A DNA stretch of 64,000 nucleotides. Source: Chthoniobacter flavus (GTDB taxonomy: Bacteria > Verrucomicrobiota > Verrucomicrobiia > Chthoniobacterales > Terrimicrobiaceae). This document shows positions 29,213 through 39,468 of this stretch, piece after piece. Below the pieces are notes generated by a model. It had not been told where the DNA came from. It saw only the letters and a program-made list of their open reading frames with translations, and ran no database searches. Where the stretch lies: contig CAMCXK010000002.1 of NCBI GenBank assembly GCA_945883435.1, positions 4,051 to 68,050 of the forward strand, in the 5' to 3' direction. The translations under genes were made by a program, and so were the position numbers. Each line of letters begins with the position of its first letter. The stretch's first letter is position 1.

Positions 29213-30790
29213 TCAAGAAAGGGTGGAATTTTTCAGGAGCAGCTTCGAAAGGCGATGCAGGAGCCATGCGAGAATATCGAAGTTGTCGAGCACTTGGCCC
29301 GGGCGCAACCTCGCCTCGCCGGTAAGGCCGGCGGAGGCCGCCTCGAAGTCCGATCTCAGAGAACGGACTTCGGGAGATTTGAATTTGGAGCACTGGTGAA
29401 AAGCGCGGATTTTATCTTGGGCGAGGGTGGAGGTCGCCACCGCGCCTGAGGCGATGGCATTGCGAACCCAGTTCAAAAGTGGATCCGCCGAAGGCAAAGC
29501 CTCGGGAGGCAAGGTTGCCAAAGACGCCGACAATTCGCCGGCGGCCTCGCCGATGTGGCGCAGCGTGTGCAGCCACGCCCTCAGTCGCTGGAGGCGCAGC
29601 GATTGGCTGTGCGTGAGAGTGGCCTCCGACGCAAGACGCACACAGAATTGCTCGATCGCCGCCCCGAGTTGCACTTGGGCCGGGGACTCGTTGGACTCTT
29701 CATCCGCGGAACCCGAGGCCCGGGGAGTTGCTTCGATCAGGCTGAAAAGCCGTCCCAGTTCGCGATTCACCAGATCGAGGGCGGATTCGGGGTCTGCCAG
29801 CGCCTGCGAGGTCAGAAATTCAGGGCGGCCAGGTTCGGCGGCGGGATCGTTCGGCCACAGGCGCTTCAGAAGAAGGCCGCAAGCAGGCAACCAGGGCGTC
29901 ATCAAAATGGCGGGCACCGCATTCGACAGAAAAAATACCAGCGCCAGCCGTATGGGGTCGCTGGATACCAGATGAAAGGCAAGCGCGCGAACCAGCGGCA
30001 CCCCGGCATCCTCGATCACGAGCAACAACATCATCACGGCCCCGCTGAAGAGACAGAACAAATCCTCCATTCGCACCAGGCGCAGCGAGGATCCCTTCAA
30101 TCCCCGGGCGAGAAGGATTCTTAAAAGAATCGCTCCAAGATTCGTTCCGTAAACCGCCGGAACGGCTTGCGTGACTCCCAGCGCACCGCTTTCAACCAGC
30201 GTGATAAGAACCATTGTGGCCCCGGTGTTGGATTGCAAAATGGCCGCTGCGGCAATGCCGATGGCGAATCCTTGCCAAGGAGAGGAGAGGGCAAGTTCCA
30301 TGCCGTCGCGGAACCATGTCGCCTCTTTCAACGGCGCGAGCCCGCTCCCGAGTTGCTCCAGGGCGAACAAAATGACCCCCACTCCCAACAGGGCGCCGGC
30401 AACCGTGTTCCATGGCTTCTTCCGGATCGATCCCATCGCAATCCCCGCCATGCCGACCCAGAAGGCCACGAACGGATGGATGTTGAAAGCCGCCAAAAAT
30501 GCGAGTGCTGTCAGTCCCGGGTTGCACCACACCACGATAAGGCGGGCCGCCGGGGTTTGGACCACCCCGCTGCCGAGCATGCTGACCACGATGAATGTCA
30601 CTGCGGTGGCGCTTTGCATGAGCGCACCCGCGAAAAGCCCGCAAATTCCGGCTGCCATGGGTGAGGCCGTGGCCCAGCTTACAGCCGCGCGGAATCCGCC
30701 ACCCGCCAGCGCGCGCATGTTCTGCCCGGTCAGCTGAAGACCGAGAAAAAACAACCCCAGCCCGAGAATGGCTCCATTGAATACCGACAT
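29213..30790 (-). CDS. Na+/phosphate cotransporter family protein with a PhoU-like C-terminal domain
   Basis: 525 aa after trimming to the ATG at 30788-30790 (MSVFNGAILGLGLFFLGLQL). Duplicated Na/Pi-cotransporter-type TM repeats (QSATAVTFIVV, QSNTGATMVLI) and a helical C-terminal domain. Confidence 0.8.
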   Translation of the reverse strand: MSVFNGAILGLGLFFLGLQLTGQNMRALAGGGFRAAVSWATASPMAAGICGLFAGALMQSATAVTFIVVSMLGSGVVQTPAARLIVVWCNPGLTALAFLAAFNIHPFVAFWVGMAGIAMGSIRKKPWNTVAGALLGVGVILFALEQLGSGLAPLKEATWFRDGMELALSSPWQGFAIGIAAAAILQSNTGATMVLITLVESGALGVTQAVPAVYGTNLGAILLRILLARGLKGSSLRLVRMEDLFCLFSGAVMMLLLVIEDAGVPLVRALAFHLVSSDPIRLALVFFLSNAVPAILMTPWLPACGLLLKRLWPNDPAAEPGRPEFLTSQALADPESALDLVNRELGRLFSLIEATPRASGSADEESNESPAQVQLGAAIEQFCVRLASEATLTHSQSLRLQRLRAWLHTLRHIGEAAGELSASLATLPPEALPSADPLLNWVRNAIASGAVATSTLAQDKIRAFHQCSKFKSPEVRSLRSDFEAASAGLTGEARLRPGQVLDNFDILAWLLHRLSKLLLKNSTLS

Positions 30791-30836
30791 GCGGCCACCA
30801 CCATTTTCGAATCCCCGGCTGTGGGCAAGCCCCGCG

Positions 30837-33350
30837 CTACTCGAAACGCAGCGCCCGCGCAGGCGGGATGCTTGCTGCCCGCCCGGCAGGCCACAAGGCA
30901 GCCGCCAGCGCCGCCGGAACAATCCACAACGGCGTGACGGCCAAAACCGCCCACGGGTAGCGGAGATCGATTGTCCAACCGAAAAACGCCTTGTTGATGA
31001 CCCAGGTCAGAATCATCGCCATGGCTGCACCGCAGGCCAGGCCGACCAGACACGAGTAGGCTCCGATCAGAGCGGCTTCGGTCAGAAAAAGCCCGCGCAC
31101 CTGCCCGCCGGAAGCCCCTTGGGAACGGAGAACACCGATCTCACGCTCCCGTTCGATGACAAGCGTGGACAGTGACAAAAGCACTCCGGCCACCGCCACC
31201 ACAACGGCGATTGCCCGGAGCACGGATGTCACCGCGAATGTCTGGTCGAAAATCTCGAGAACGCGCGCGCGGAGCTGCCCGTTGGTGTAGATCGAAAATT
31301 CCCCTCCACCGCCGAAGCGCGCGCGAAAGGCCCCGGCAACGGCCTCGGCGGTGAATCCGTCCCGCAGTTCAATGGAGAGGGAATGAATGCCCGGTTCATT
31401 CCAGAATTTGTCGAATTGATTCCGGTCGATCATCACAAGTCCGCTGTCGCGGGTGAAATCCTTCACCACCCCGGCCACCGGAAAAACCACCGGCCCCTTG
31501 GGAGAGAGGAATTCCAGCGTGTCACCCGGCTGGATTCCGTAACCGGTGGCGAAACTTTCCGAAACGGCAGCCGCCCCCTCCTCCCGGAGTTGGTGCCCCG
31601 CGTCATCCGGTCCCGAGACGAAGGCCAGCTGGCCACGGGCTTCGCCATCCAGCACGGCCAGCGTGGCGGATTGCTCCTTCCAAGGAACGCGGATTTCTCG
31701 AAATGTTCCCACGGACTCGACCTCGGGACGCATTTTGACCCATTCCGCCGCCTCCCCGGGGAGGAATCCCTGCAATCCGGCAATCTCATTTGCCGCCGGG
31801 GCGATGAACAAGTCGGCAACCAGCGTATGCGAAAGCCAGTTGTTCACGCTGGCCCGGAACGAATGAATCATCACAGAAACACTCACGGTCATCGCAATGG
31901 CAATCGAGAGACTGGCGATCGTGACGGCGTTGCGGTGAAGCGACCGGAGAAGATGCTGTGCGGCAAGTCTCACCATCCACCCGGGCCCACGAACATGGCT
32001 GGCCGTTTGCTCGACGACCCAAGGCACCAGAAGGGAGAATCCGCCGATCAAAAAGGCCACTGCGGCAAAACCCAGAAAACGCCCCCCGCCGTGAAGGGCA
32101 CCCCATGAAAAACCGGCGGAGATCGCAAGACCTAGAACTCCCATCGGAGCCCATGCCCGCGTCCCCAGCGGAAAAGAGTCCATGAGTGATCCCGGACGCA
32201 AGGCAAGCGCGGGGTCGCACAGCGAAGCCTCCCGGGCAGGACACCAGGCGGCGACCAGGGAGGCCCCGAGGCCGATGACAAGAGCCAAAACAACCTGCCA
32301 AACCTCCAAGGAGGGGCGGGCGATGCTGACGAGCGCGTAAAGAGAAGAGATGGTTTGCTGAACCGGGGCGGCGAGAAAACCGGCTAACGGTGTTGCCAAA
32401 GCGATGCCGAGAACGCTTCCAAGCAATCCCGCCGCCGCTCCCTCCGCAAGGAAAACCAAAAGAACCTCTGCACGGCTTGCCCCCCCGGCGCGAAGAATCG
32501 CGATTTCCGGGCGGCGACGCACCACTGCCGCTGAGAGGCTGTTGTAGATCAAAAAAACGCCCACGACCATCGACACCAGGCTGAGCGCGGTCAGGTTCAG
32601 TTGAAAGGCGGCCAGCATGACCTCGGTCTCGGCACCGCGACGGCCGGGTGGCGCAACAATCGCATCGGGAGGGCAAACCGTCCTCAAGGCCTCAGCAAGA
32701 GGCTTGAGATCAAGAGGGTCGCGCGCGGAAATCTGGATCGACGTCAGATACCCGTTCAATCCCAGCAGTTGCTGGGCCCAACCGATATCCATCGCCGCGG
32801 TGCGGGGATCGTTGGACACCAGCGCATCATCCGACCGAAGGGCGAATCCCCTCCGCAATTCGACACGCGTGCCGTTGGCGAGAACGGGAAAACGGTCCGG
32901 CAGATTGGCCGCCGAGGCGAGAAGATCGGGTTCCCGGAGCCACGCTTCCAAATCCAGTGCCCCGCCGCCGGGGTTCTCGAGATCGAAAACCCTCAACGAT
33001 CCGCCGGTGAAGGGATCGACGCCCAGAATCCGGAAATACTCGCCCGGCAGGTCGGGACGCGTCGCAATACCCTCCACGAGCGGAGTCGCCTCGGCGACAC
33101 CGGGCAAGGCGGCCACTATTGGAAACAGGCCCTCGGGCAGCCGGCCACGCACCTCCAGATGGGCCTTGCCCGCAACCAATCCAACCGCGTTGCGGAAACT
33201 CCGCAGAGCGCCTTCATTGGCCATTTGAATCGCAAGGAAGACCGCCACTCCGAGTGCGACTCCACAGATGTTGAGCAATGGCATCAACGGGCGGAGACCC
33301 CATGGACGAATCACCAACCTCCAGAACAACGTGGCGAAACGCAGCGTCAT
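30837..33350 (-). CDS. FtsX-like ABC transporter permease with two FtsX/MacB-type domains (YbbP-like)
   Basis: 837 aa. N-terminal TM followed by a large extracytoplasmic domain and a 3-4 TM FtsX module (RRPEIAILRAGGASRAEV). The arrangement repeats in the C-terminal half (REIGVLRSQGASGGQV). The ATG overlaps the glnD stop (ATGA). Confidence 0.85.
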   Translation of the reverse strand: MTLRFATLFWRLVIRPWGLRPLMPLLNICGVALGVAVFLAIQMANEGALRSFRNAVGLVAGKAHLEVRGRLPEGLFPIVAALPGVAEATPLVEGIATRPDLPGEYFRILGVDPFTGGSLRVFDLENPGGGALDLEAWLREPDLLASAANLPDRFPVLANGTRVELRRGFALRSDDALVSNDPRTAAMDIGWAQQLLGLNGYLTSIQISARDPLDLKPLAEALRTVCPPDAIVAPPGRRGAETEVMLAAFQLNLTALSLVSMVVGVFLIYNSLSAAVVRRRPEIAILRAGGASRAEVLLVFLAEGAAAGLLGSVLGIALATPLAGFLAAPVQQTISSLYALVSIARPSLEVWQVVLALVIGLGASLVAAWCPAREASLCDPALALRPGSLMDSFPLGTRAWAPMGVLGLAISAGFSWGALHGGGRFLGFAAVAFLIGGFSLLVPWVVEQTASHVRGPGWMVRLAAQHLLRSLHRNAVTIASLSIAIAMTVSVSVMIHSFRASVNNWLSHTLVADLFIAPAANEIAGLQGFLPGEAAEWVKMRPEVESVGTFREIRVPWKEQSATLAVLDGEARGQLAFVSGPDDAGHQLREEGAAAVSESFATGYGIQPGDTLEFLSPKGPVVFPVAGVVKDFTRDSGLVMIDRNQFDKFWNEPGIHSLSIELRDGFTAEAVAGAFRARFGGGGEFSIYTNGQLRARVLEIFDQTFAVTSVLRAIAVVVAVAGVLLSLSTLVIEREREIGVLRSQGASGGQVRGLFLTEAALIGAYSCLVGLACGAAMAMILTWVINKAFFGWTIDLRYPWAVLAVTPLWIVPAALAAALWPAGRAASIPPARALRFE

Positions 33351-36091
33351 TCGGGAGTTTTCACCGAGGCCTGGTGGAGAACGTGCTGAAGGCGCTTGAT
33401 CGCCGGAGTGGATGAAATTTTCCCTCCGTCGACGCCGTAAACGTAGAACGAATCCATGGCCACATCCATTTCGGTGGTGATCCGCGAGATTTCAATGCGG
33501 AGTCCCGCATCGCCCATAGCCCGCAAAAGATCATACAGCAAGCCCAACCGGTCGGGTGTCTGGATGTCGATGAGCGTGTAGACCGGATGCGAATCGTTGT
33601 CGATGGTGATCCGCGTGGGCAGGTCAAATTCCTGGGAGAGGCGGTAGGTGAGAAGCCGCGTTTCCCGGCTCAGAAGCGGATGAAAATCGTAGTCTTCGAC
33701 GTGAAGCGCCTCTGCCAGCCGATCCTCCACCCGGCGCATGTCGCGCATATCCTCGACAGCCTCGTTTTTTCCGGAGCCGACACGGAAAATATCGAGCACC
33801 AGGCTGTCGGTGCGGGTGAAGATGTCCGCGCTGAGGATGTTCATGCGGGAGGCGAGAAAGGCACCCGCGATCCGCTCCAACAGACGCGGACGGTCCCAAC
33901 CGCATACCCACACTTCGGTAAAGCCTTTCCCGGGTTGTGGGATCCACCGGAAGGATGGTGCGAGGCCATCCGCCCCTTCGCGGTTGCGCTCCTGGAAGAA
34001 GGTGTGGAAAAGCCGCATGTGATCCGCCAAGACCGCCGGGCTGTAAAGTTGCAGGTAGCGTTCGGGCATGAACTGGAAATGCGCCTCGGCCTCGTCGCGA
34101 TAGCTCTCGCCCAGAAGACCCAACGTCTCGTTTTGAAGCTGCAAACGGTTCGAGCGGGATTGCTCGATGGCATCCACGCCACCTTGCAGCCAACGCTCGG
34201 TGCGCCGGTAAAGCGTCCAGACCAGCCCCTCTTTCCAGTCGGACCAGTTCTCGTCGCTTGTGCCCATTCCGTCGGCGAGCGTGAGCAGCATGAGGGCGTC
34301 AAGATTTTGAGCGTTGCGGATGATGCGGCCGAACTCCTCGACGGTGGCCGGGTCCTCGAGGTTCCGGGTTTGGGCCATTTTTGAGAGGAGATAGTGGGAA
34401 TCGACGAGCGTCAGAAGCATGCGCCGCCGGTCCGGTGTGAGTTGGAGGCGGCGCGCCACCTTGTGGGCAAGGTCCGCGCTGGCCTCCTCGTGGTGCCTCG
34501 TGTTGGCCGCTTTTCCGACATCGTGCAACAAGATCGCCAGATACAAAATGGCGGGATCCTCCAACTTCTGGAAGATCCGCCGGTAGCCCGAGAGCTTTGG
34601 ATTTTCCGAAAAGAGAACCCCGTCGAGCTTCTCGATGCACACGAGAGTGTGCTCGTCCGCCGTGTAGCGGTGATAAAACTCGTGTTGGACCAGACAATCC
34701 AAGGCTCCAAACTCCGGCAGGTAGCGGCCCATAACTCCGAGATCGTGCATGAGTCGAAGGGACCGGCCGACCTCGCCCTTGCGGGACAGGATGGCGAAAA
34801 ACGTTTCCCGGGCGGAGACGGCGTATTGGAACGTCCGGTCGACGAGATGGAGCCTGCGCCGGACGAGATCGACAAGCTCGGGATGGAAGTCCAGGCGCCG
34901 GGACTGCGCAAGGTCGAACGCGCGCAGGAGGCGGTGCGGATCATCGTTGAAAATCTCGCGCGACTCGGGCTCGAGAAGACCGTTGCGAATCACGAAGCGG
35001 TCGGATTTTTCAACCTTTCGGGAGGGGGCGAGCAGGCGCAGGAGGCCGTGGCGCGGCTTCTCGGGGGGCGAGACTTGAAGCGCTCGAAGGGCGGCCTCGG
35101 TCACCAAATGGATCGTGCGGGCATGGCTGTAGTAATCGCGCATGAACGCCTCGACCTTGCGAAGGATATTTTTCGGCGGGTAGTCGAAAGCTTGGGCCAC
35201 ACGGCCTTGGAGCTGCAGGGTGAGGACATCGGCGGTGCGGCCATTCAAATATTGCATCCGCGTGCGGGTCCGGAGCAGGAAATCGTAGCTTTTTTCAAGG
35301 CGGCGGCGGTCGGCCTCCCGCATCACTCCCGCCTCGACCAGCTTGGAGGAACTCGGAATGCCGAACTTGAAACGGGCGATCCAGAGAAGGCTTTGGTAAT
35401 CCCGCAAACTGCCCGTGCCGCATTTGACATTCGGCTCCTGCATGAAGACGGAGTGACCGTATTTGCGGTGGAGTTCATTTTGGTTTTCAAGTCGCCAGGC
35501 CACATAGGCGGGCGCTTTTCCGGCAACACAATCCCGCTCGAAGCGCTCCTTGAAGCGTTGAAAAATTGGACGCTCGCCGGCCAAATAGCGGCACTCCAGG
35601 AGCGCGGTTTTCGTCACAGGATCCTCGTTGCATTTCGCGATGCAGTCGGAAATCGAGCGGGTGGCATGGCCAACCTTGAACCCGATATCCCACAAGGCGG
35701 TGAGAACCCTGCGCACAACCTCCTCCGCGCGGTCGTCACGGGCGGCGCCCTCCTGCAGGAAAAGGATGTCGATGTCACTCATGGGCGTGAGCTCGCGGCG
35801 CCCATAGCCGCCGAATGCGACCACCGCCAGGGCGGTTGGATCGCTGTCCCCGTAAATGTCCCGTTGAACCGACGTGAAAAGTTCCTGGAACAGGATATCC
35901 ACCATGTCGGAGCGCTGCCGGGCGACCTCGCGCCCCCCTCCTCCCTCGTCATGCCAGATTTTTAGACGCTCCTCCTCAAGGTTCCGGAATCCTTTGAAAA
36001 GTTTTACGGGGTCCTGCTGGTGTGAGCGGGCGTCGATGGAGAGCGCCTTGGCGGATTCCTCGAAACTGGGCTGGTGGGTGGGCGGGCTCAC
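33347..36091 (-). CDS. glnD: [Protein-PII] uridylyltransferase / uridylyl-removing enzyme
   Basis: 914 aa. Nucleotidyltransferase motif AVVAFGGYGRRELTPMSDIDILF, HD domain (HRYTADEHTL, LLHDVGK), and two C-terminal ACT-like domains. The GTG start overlaps the upstream stop (GTGA). Confidence 0.92.
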   Translation of the reverse strand: MSPPTHQPSFEESAKALSIDARSHQQDPVKLFKGFRNLEEERLKIWHDEGGGGREVARQRSDMVDILFQELFTSVQRDIYGDSDPTALAVVAFGGYGRRELTPMSDIDILFLQEGAARDDRAEEVVRRVLTALWDIGFKVGHATRSISDCIAKCNEDPVTKTALLECRYLAGERPIFQRFKERFERDCVAGKAPAYVAWRLENQNELHRKYGHSVFMQEPNVKCGTGSLRDYQSLLWIARFKFGIPSSSKLVEAGVMREADRRRLEKSYDFLLRTRTRMQYLNGRTADVLTLQLQGRVAQAFDYPPKNILRKVEAFMRDYYSHARTIHLVTEAALRALQVSPPEKPRHGLLRLLAPSRKVEKSDRFVIRNGLLEPESREIFNDDPHRLLRAFDLAQSRRLDFHPELVDLVRRRLHLVDRTFQYAVSARETFFAILSRKGEVGRSLRLMHDLGVMGRYLPEFGALDCLVQHEFYHRYTADEHTLVCIEKLDGVLFSENPKLSGYRRIFQKLEDPAILYLAILLHDVGKAANTRHHEEASADLAHKVARRLQLTPDRRRMLLTLVDSHYLLSKMAQTRNLEDPATVEEFGRIIRNAQNLDALMLLTLADGMGTSDENWSDWKEGLVWTLYRRTERWLQGGVDAIEQSRSNRLQLQNETLGLLGESYRDEAEAHFQFMPERYLQLYSPAVLADHMRLFHTFFQERNREGADGLAPSFRWIPQPGKGFTEVWVCGWDRPRLLERIAGAFLASRMNILSADIFTRTDSLVLDIFRVGSGKNEAVEDMRDMRRVEDRLAEALHVEDYDFHPLLSRETRLLTYRLSQEFDLPTRITIDNDSHPVYTLIDIQTPDRLGLLYDLLRAMGDAGLRIEISRITTEMDVAMDSFYVYGVDGGKISSTPAIKRLQHVLHQASVKTPE

Positions 36092-37017
36092 GGGACGGGA
36101 TCGAGAACCAGGATTTCCACCCGGCGGTTGGGGAGCTGGGCCTCGATCGATCCATCCACTGGAGCGACAGGCCGCGTTTCCCCCAAACCAAGGATTTCAA
36201 TCGAGCCTGCGGGAATACCGGCGGCTGAGACGAGCCAGTTCCTTACGGTGTCCGCACGGAGTTCGCTCAAGCGGAGGTTGTAGTCGTCCGGTCCGAACGA
36301 GTCGCTATGGCCCTCGATGCGGAAGCGCAAAGAGGGATCGCGTCGCAGCAGGCGGCCCAATTTTTCGAGGCTTTCCACCGCATTGGGCTGAAGCTGGTAG
36401 GTATCGTAGTCGAACAGGACGTCCCCCGGCAGAACAATGGGACCGCCTCCCGCCTCAAGGGGAACATTTTTAGCCAGCATCGCATCCAGGTCCGAAAATC
36501 CGGGAGCGACACCAGCCTGGGGCAGGGGAATGCCTTCCGCAGGCGGTGACACGGGCGAGGGGAGCGCGGACTGGTCCCGGAGCAAATCCTCCATTGCGGC
36601 ATCCGGAGCAAGTGGCAACGCGCTCGGGAGCGATTGTGCGGGCGATTCAACCGGCACCGCCGGTTTTTCTGTCAGAATCGCCTGATCCAGCCGGGGAAGC
36701 GGGGGAACCGTAACAGCCGAAGGCGATGGCGCATCCCATGCGATGCGCTCGCGCGGTTGCTCGACCGGGCGCGGCATTTCCACCTTGGTTGGCTCTGGTT
36801 CCAAATGCCGGGGATCGATTTCCACCCGATCGACCTGAAAAACACGCGGGACGATTTTTTCGTAGAAGGCGTCGCTCATGTGCTCGACGGGAACCTGCCG
36901 GGCCCATTCCCAAAGGGCCCAGTGCAGGAGCACGGAAACAAAAAGCGCCGCGAGAATCCAACGCGCCCAGCCATCCCTTTCGGCGGACGGACTTGATTCA
37001 TGCACCCGTTGGTTCAC
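36088..37017 (-). CDS. Membrane-anchored OmpA/MotB-domain protein (peptidoglycan-binding C-terminus)
   Basis: 309 aa. One N-terminal TM (WILAALFVSVLLHWALW), a Pro-rich linker, and a C-terminal OmpA-like domain (VLFDYDTYQL, RIEGHSDSFGPDDYNLRLSELRADTVRNWL, NRRVEILV). GTG start at 37015-37017. Confidence 0.8.
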   Translation of the reverse strand: MNQRVHESSPSAERDGWARWILAALFVSVLLHWALWEWARQVPVEHMSDAFYEKIVPRVFQVDRVEIDPRHLEPEPTKVEMPRPVEQPRERIAWDAPSPSAVTVPPLPRLDQAILTEKPAVPVESPAQSLPSALPLAPDAAMEDLLRDQSALPSPVSPPAEGIPLPQAGVAPGFSDLDAMLAKNVPLEAGGGPIVLPGDVLFDYDTYQLQPNAVESLEKLGRLLRRDPSLRFRIEGHSDSFGPDDYNLRLSELRADTVRNWLVSAAGIPAGSIEILGLGETRPVAPVDGSIEAQLPNRRVEILVLDPVP

Positions 37018-37078
37018 AGCCAGACTCTACGGACCGTGCGGGCAAAACTCCACCTTGGATTTGTGAACCGTCCGCAGG

Positions 37079-39466
37079 TCACCGGGGCGGGGTTCCGCGA
37101 AGGCGAAGGTAGGCTTGGAGTTCGTTCCAGGCTCTGGGCGCGTCGTTTTCGCGGAGGGCCAGAAGGATCAAAAGATGCCGGGCGGCAGGATCACCCGCTT
37201 GTGCCGCCTCCTGGACGATTCGGCGGGCCGCCACCGGGTTCTTGCGCTCGTTGAGGTTCTCAAATTCCACCACCACCGGTGCCGAGCGATCCGGATCGGC
37301 CAGGGAGATGCCATTTCTCGAGGCCACCGCCTCGACCGCCTCGCGGTGCAACTTGCGATCGATCAGATCACGCATCCGGACGGGAAACGCCTGGTCCTCC
37401 AGGCCCGGATTTTCCTCAAGGAAACGCCATAATTTGTCCCGCGCGCCTTTGGTCCACCATTCATTCAAGAGCCGGGTCCGCCGCTCGGGATCCAAGGAGG
37501 CGCGGATCGCCGGGTCTGCGAGCGCCTCTGCGATTTCGTCCGGCGAGGCTTCGTTTAAAACCGCAGCTCGTAAACAAGGAATCTGGCGCGCCGCCCGTTT
37601 CAAGGCCTCTTTCAACCCCGGGTGGGAGCGGCTTTGGGCTACAAGGCCTTCGTAAAATTCCACCGGTTTGGCGTAGCCGCCGGCCTCGGCCAATCGAACA
37701 TTTTTTTGCAAAGCCTCAACCCATAGCAACGCCGTGCGCGATGGATCGTCCCCTATCCAGAGAACCCCCTGGTCGTAGGGGATTTTCGCGCTGGCGGGGT
37801 TCAGAGCGCGCTCGGCTGCAAAGACGGTATCGGCCACCACGGGGTTTGCTCCGTTACGGATTTCCCGGTAGCCAAGCTCGCGATACAATCCCCGCTCCAT
37901 CGGAGAGAGGGGAATCTCCGAGCGGGCCAGATCGACAGCCTCACCCTCCCGGTTGGCGGCGGCAAGTTGACGAATCTGTTCGACCGCCACCTTGGCGCGA
38001 AAGGGCGGCAGCGGCGATTCACCGAACCACTGAGCCCGCACCAACAAAATTCCGATGCCCAGAAGGGCCGCCCCGGAGACGCCAAGAATGATCCTTTGGA
38101 CGCTCGAAGCAGCCCCGTTCGCGGCAGGCACGCCGAAGCCCCATCCCGCCAGAACAAGAATCCACCACCCCAGTTCCACCCGGTGCAGGGGCACATCCAC
38201 CAGTCCGTGTGCCATGGCGGTGAAAGCCGCGCAGGCCACGCCCCAGCGCAACACCCAGCCAGGCGAATCCCGCGCCGCCCGCATCCCATACCCGAGCATC
38301 CCGAGTAGAACCCCCACGCACAGCAGGGAGGGCAAACCGGTCTCCGCCGCAAGCATCAACCAATCACTTTCGGGATGGATCGGCACCGCCTCGTCGGTGC
38401 TGGATTTCATATAAAATGGAAACACATGGGCAAATGTGCCAATCCCGCTTCCTGTGAGCGGATAATCCCGGACAATGCGGGCGGTATCCTCGAAAATCCG
38501 GAATCGAAGGTCGCCTACCGGAACCGGAAAGGCGGACCCGCCGGGGTGGACAGCATTTTCCGCCGCCGGGGTGTGAAAACCGAGGGTCTCAAGCAAGCGG
38601 TCGCGGGCAGGACCATCGGTGACGAGAAAAAACGCACCCAAGGCGGCCGTGATAGCCAAGGCCGAGACAAGCAGGGGTTGTGAACGATGCGAGCGTCCGA
38701 GCCCGAGAATCCACACCAGGCAGCCCAAAACCAGAAAGACCACCCCGGCACGTGAGATCGAGTGGGCCAGCAAGGCGTAAACGCAGACCGCGGCGGCGCC
38801 TCCTCCGGCTGTAAATCCCGCCGCATTGCGCCGCGTCCACGCGTCACGCACCAGCGCGATCCCGAGAATCGCCCCGGTCACCAGAAATCCGGCGGTGTGG
38901 TTGCGGTTGGGGAAAAAACCAAAATCGGGTGGCGACCAGCCCCCTTTGTCGAAGAACGGGTATTCCCATCCTGTCGTGCGGGCGTGGATGGCTGTGAGCG
39001 CGTAGGTGGCACATCCGAGCGCGGCCAGCGATACCAGCGGGCGCAGCGCGCCGCTTCGCAAAACATGGCCCAGCGAATAGAGGCCGGTAACGACAGCCGC
39101 TGCCAACAGCAGAATCCAATATCCGGATTCCCTCGGCGTTAGACTGATCTGGGCAAAGGCCGGCAAACCAGGCTCCTTGGCCAAAGCCTCCCTCCAAGCC
39201 GGAACCGGCAGCCAGTCCTGCGGCAGAAACGCGAGCAAGGCCCAGACGATCAGAAATCCGCCCCCTGCCCACAGCCGCCAGGGAACGCGGCCCGTTGGCG
39301 GCAACAAAATCATGGCGGTCCCTGCGGCTGCCAGAAAAATGCCGCTCGCCCCCTGTCGGGCTGTTCCTGCCAGAAAAACCCCTGCCAAAGCGGCTGCAAG
39401 GAGGATTCCCTGCGCGCAAACCGGGCGCACGGAGGTTCCCGCCGGAGCGTCTCGGTGGCCGCGCAT
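37079..39466 (-). CDS. O-antigen ligase (Wzy_C) family membrane protein fused to a C-terminal TPR-like domain
   Basis: 795 aa after trimming to the ATG at 39464-39466, which lies 2 nt after the upstream stop. About 12 TM helices with the loop motif HPESDWLMLAAETGL typical of O-antigen ligase/polymerase-like proteins. The C-terminal ~300 aa form a soluble helical-repeat region. Confidence 0.75.
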   Translation of the reverse strand: MRGHRDAPAGTSVRPVCAQGILLAAALAGVFLAGTARQGASGIFLAAAGTAMILLPPTGRVPWRLWAGGGFLIVWALLAFLPQDWLPVPAWREALAKEPGLPAFAQISLTPRESGYWILLLAAAVVTGLYSLGHVLRSGALRPLVSLAALGCATYALTAIHARTTGWEYPFFDKGGWSPPDFGFFPNRNHTAGFLVTGAILGIALVRDAWTRRNAAGFTAGGGAAAVCVYALLAHSISRAGVVFLVLGCLVWILGLGRSHRSQPLLVSALAITAALGAFFLVTDGPARDRLLETLGFHTPAAENAVHPGGSAFPVPVGDLRFRIFEDTARIVRDYPLTGSGIGTFAHVFPFYMKSSTDEAVPIHPESDWLMLAAETGLPSLLCVGVLLGMLGYGMRAARDSPGWVLRWGVACAAFTAMAHGLVDVPLHRVELGWWILVLAGWGFGVPAANGAASSVQRIILGVSGAALLGIGILLVRAQWFGESPLPPFRAKVAVEQIRQLAAANREGEAVDLARSEIPLSPMERGLYRELGYREIRNGANPVVADTVFAAERALNPASAKIPYDQGVLWIGDDPSRTALLWVEALQKNVRLAEAGGYAKPVEFYEGLVAQSRSHPGLKEALKRAARQIPCLRAAVLNEASPDEIAEALADPAIRASLDPERRTRLLNEWWTKGARDKLWRFLEENPGLEDQAFPVRMRDLIDRKLHREAVEAVASRNGISLADPDRSAPVVVEFENLNERKNPVAARRIVQEAAQAGDPAARHLLILLALRENDAPRAWNELQAYLRLRGTPPR

Positions 39467-39468
39467 TC

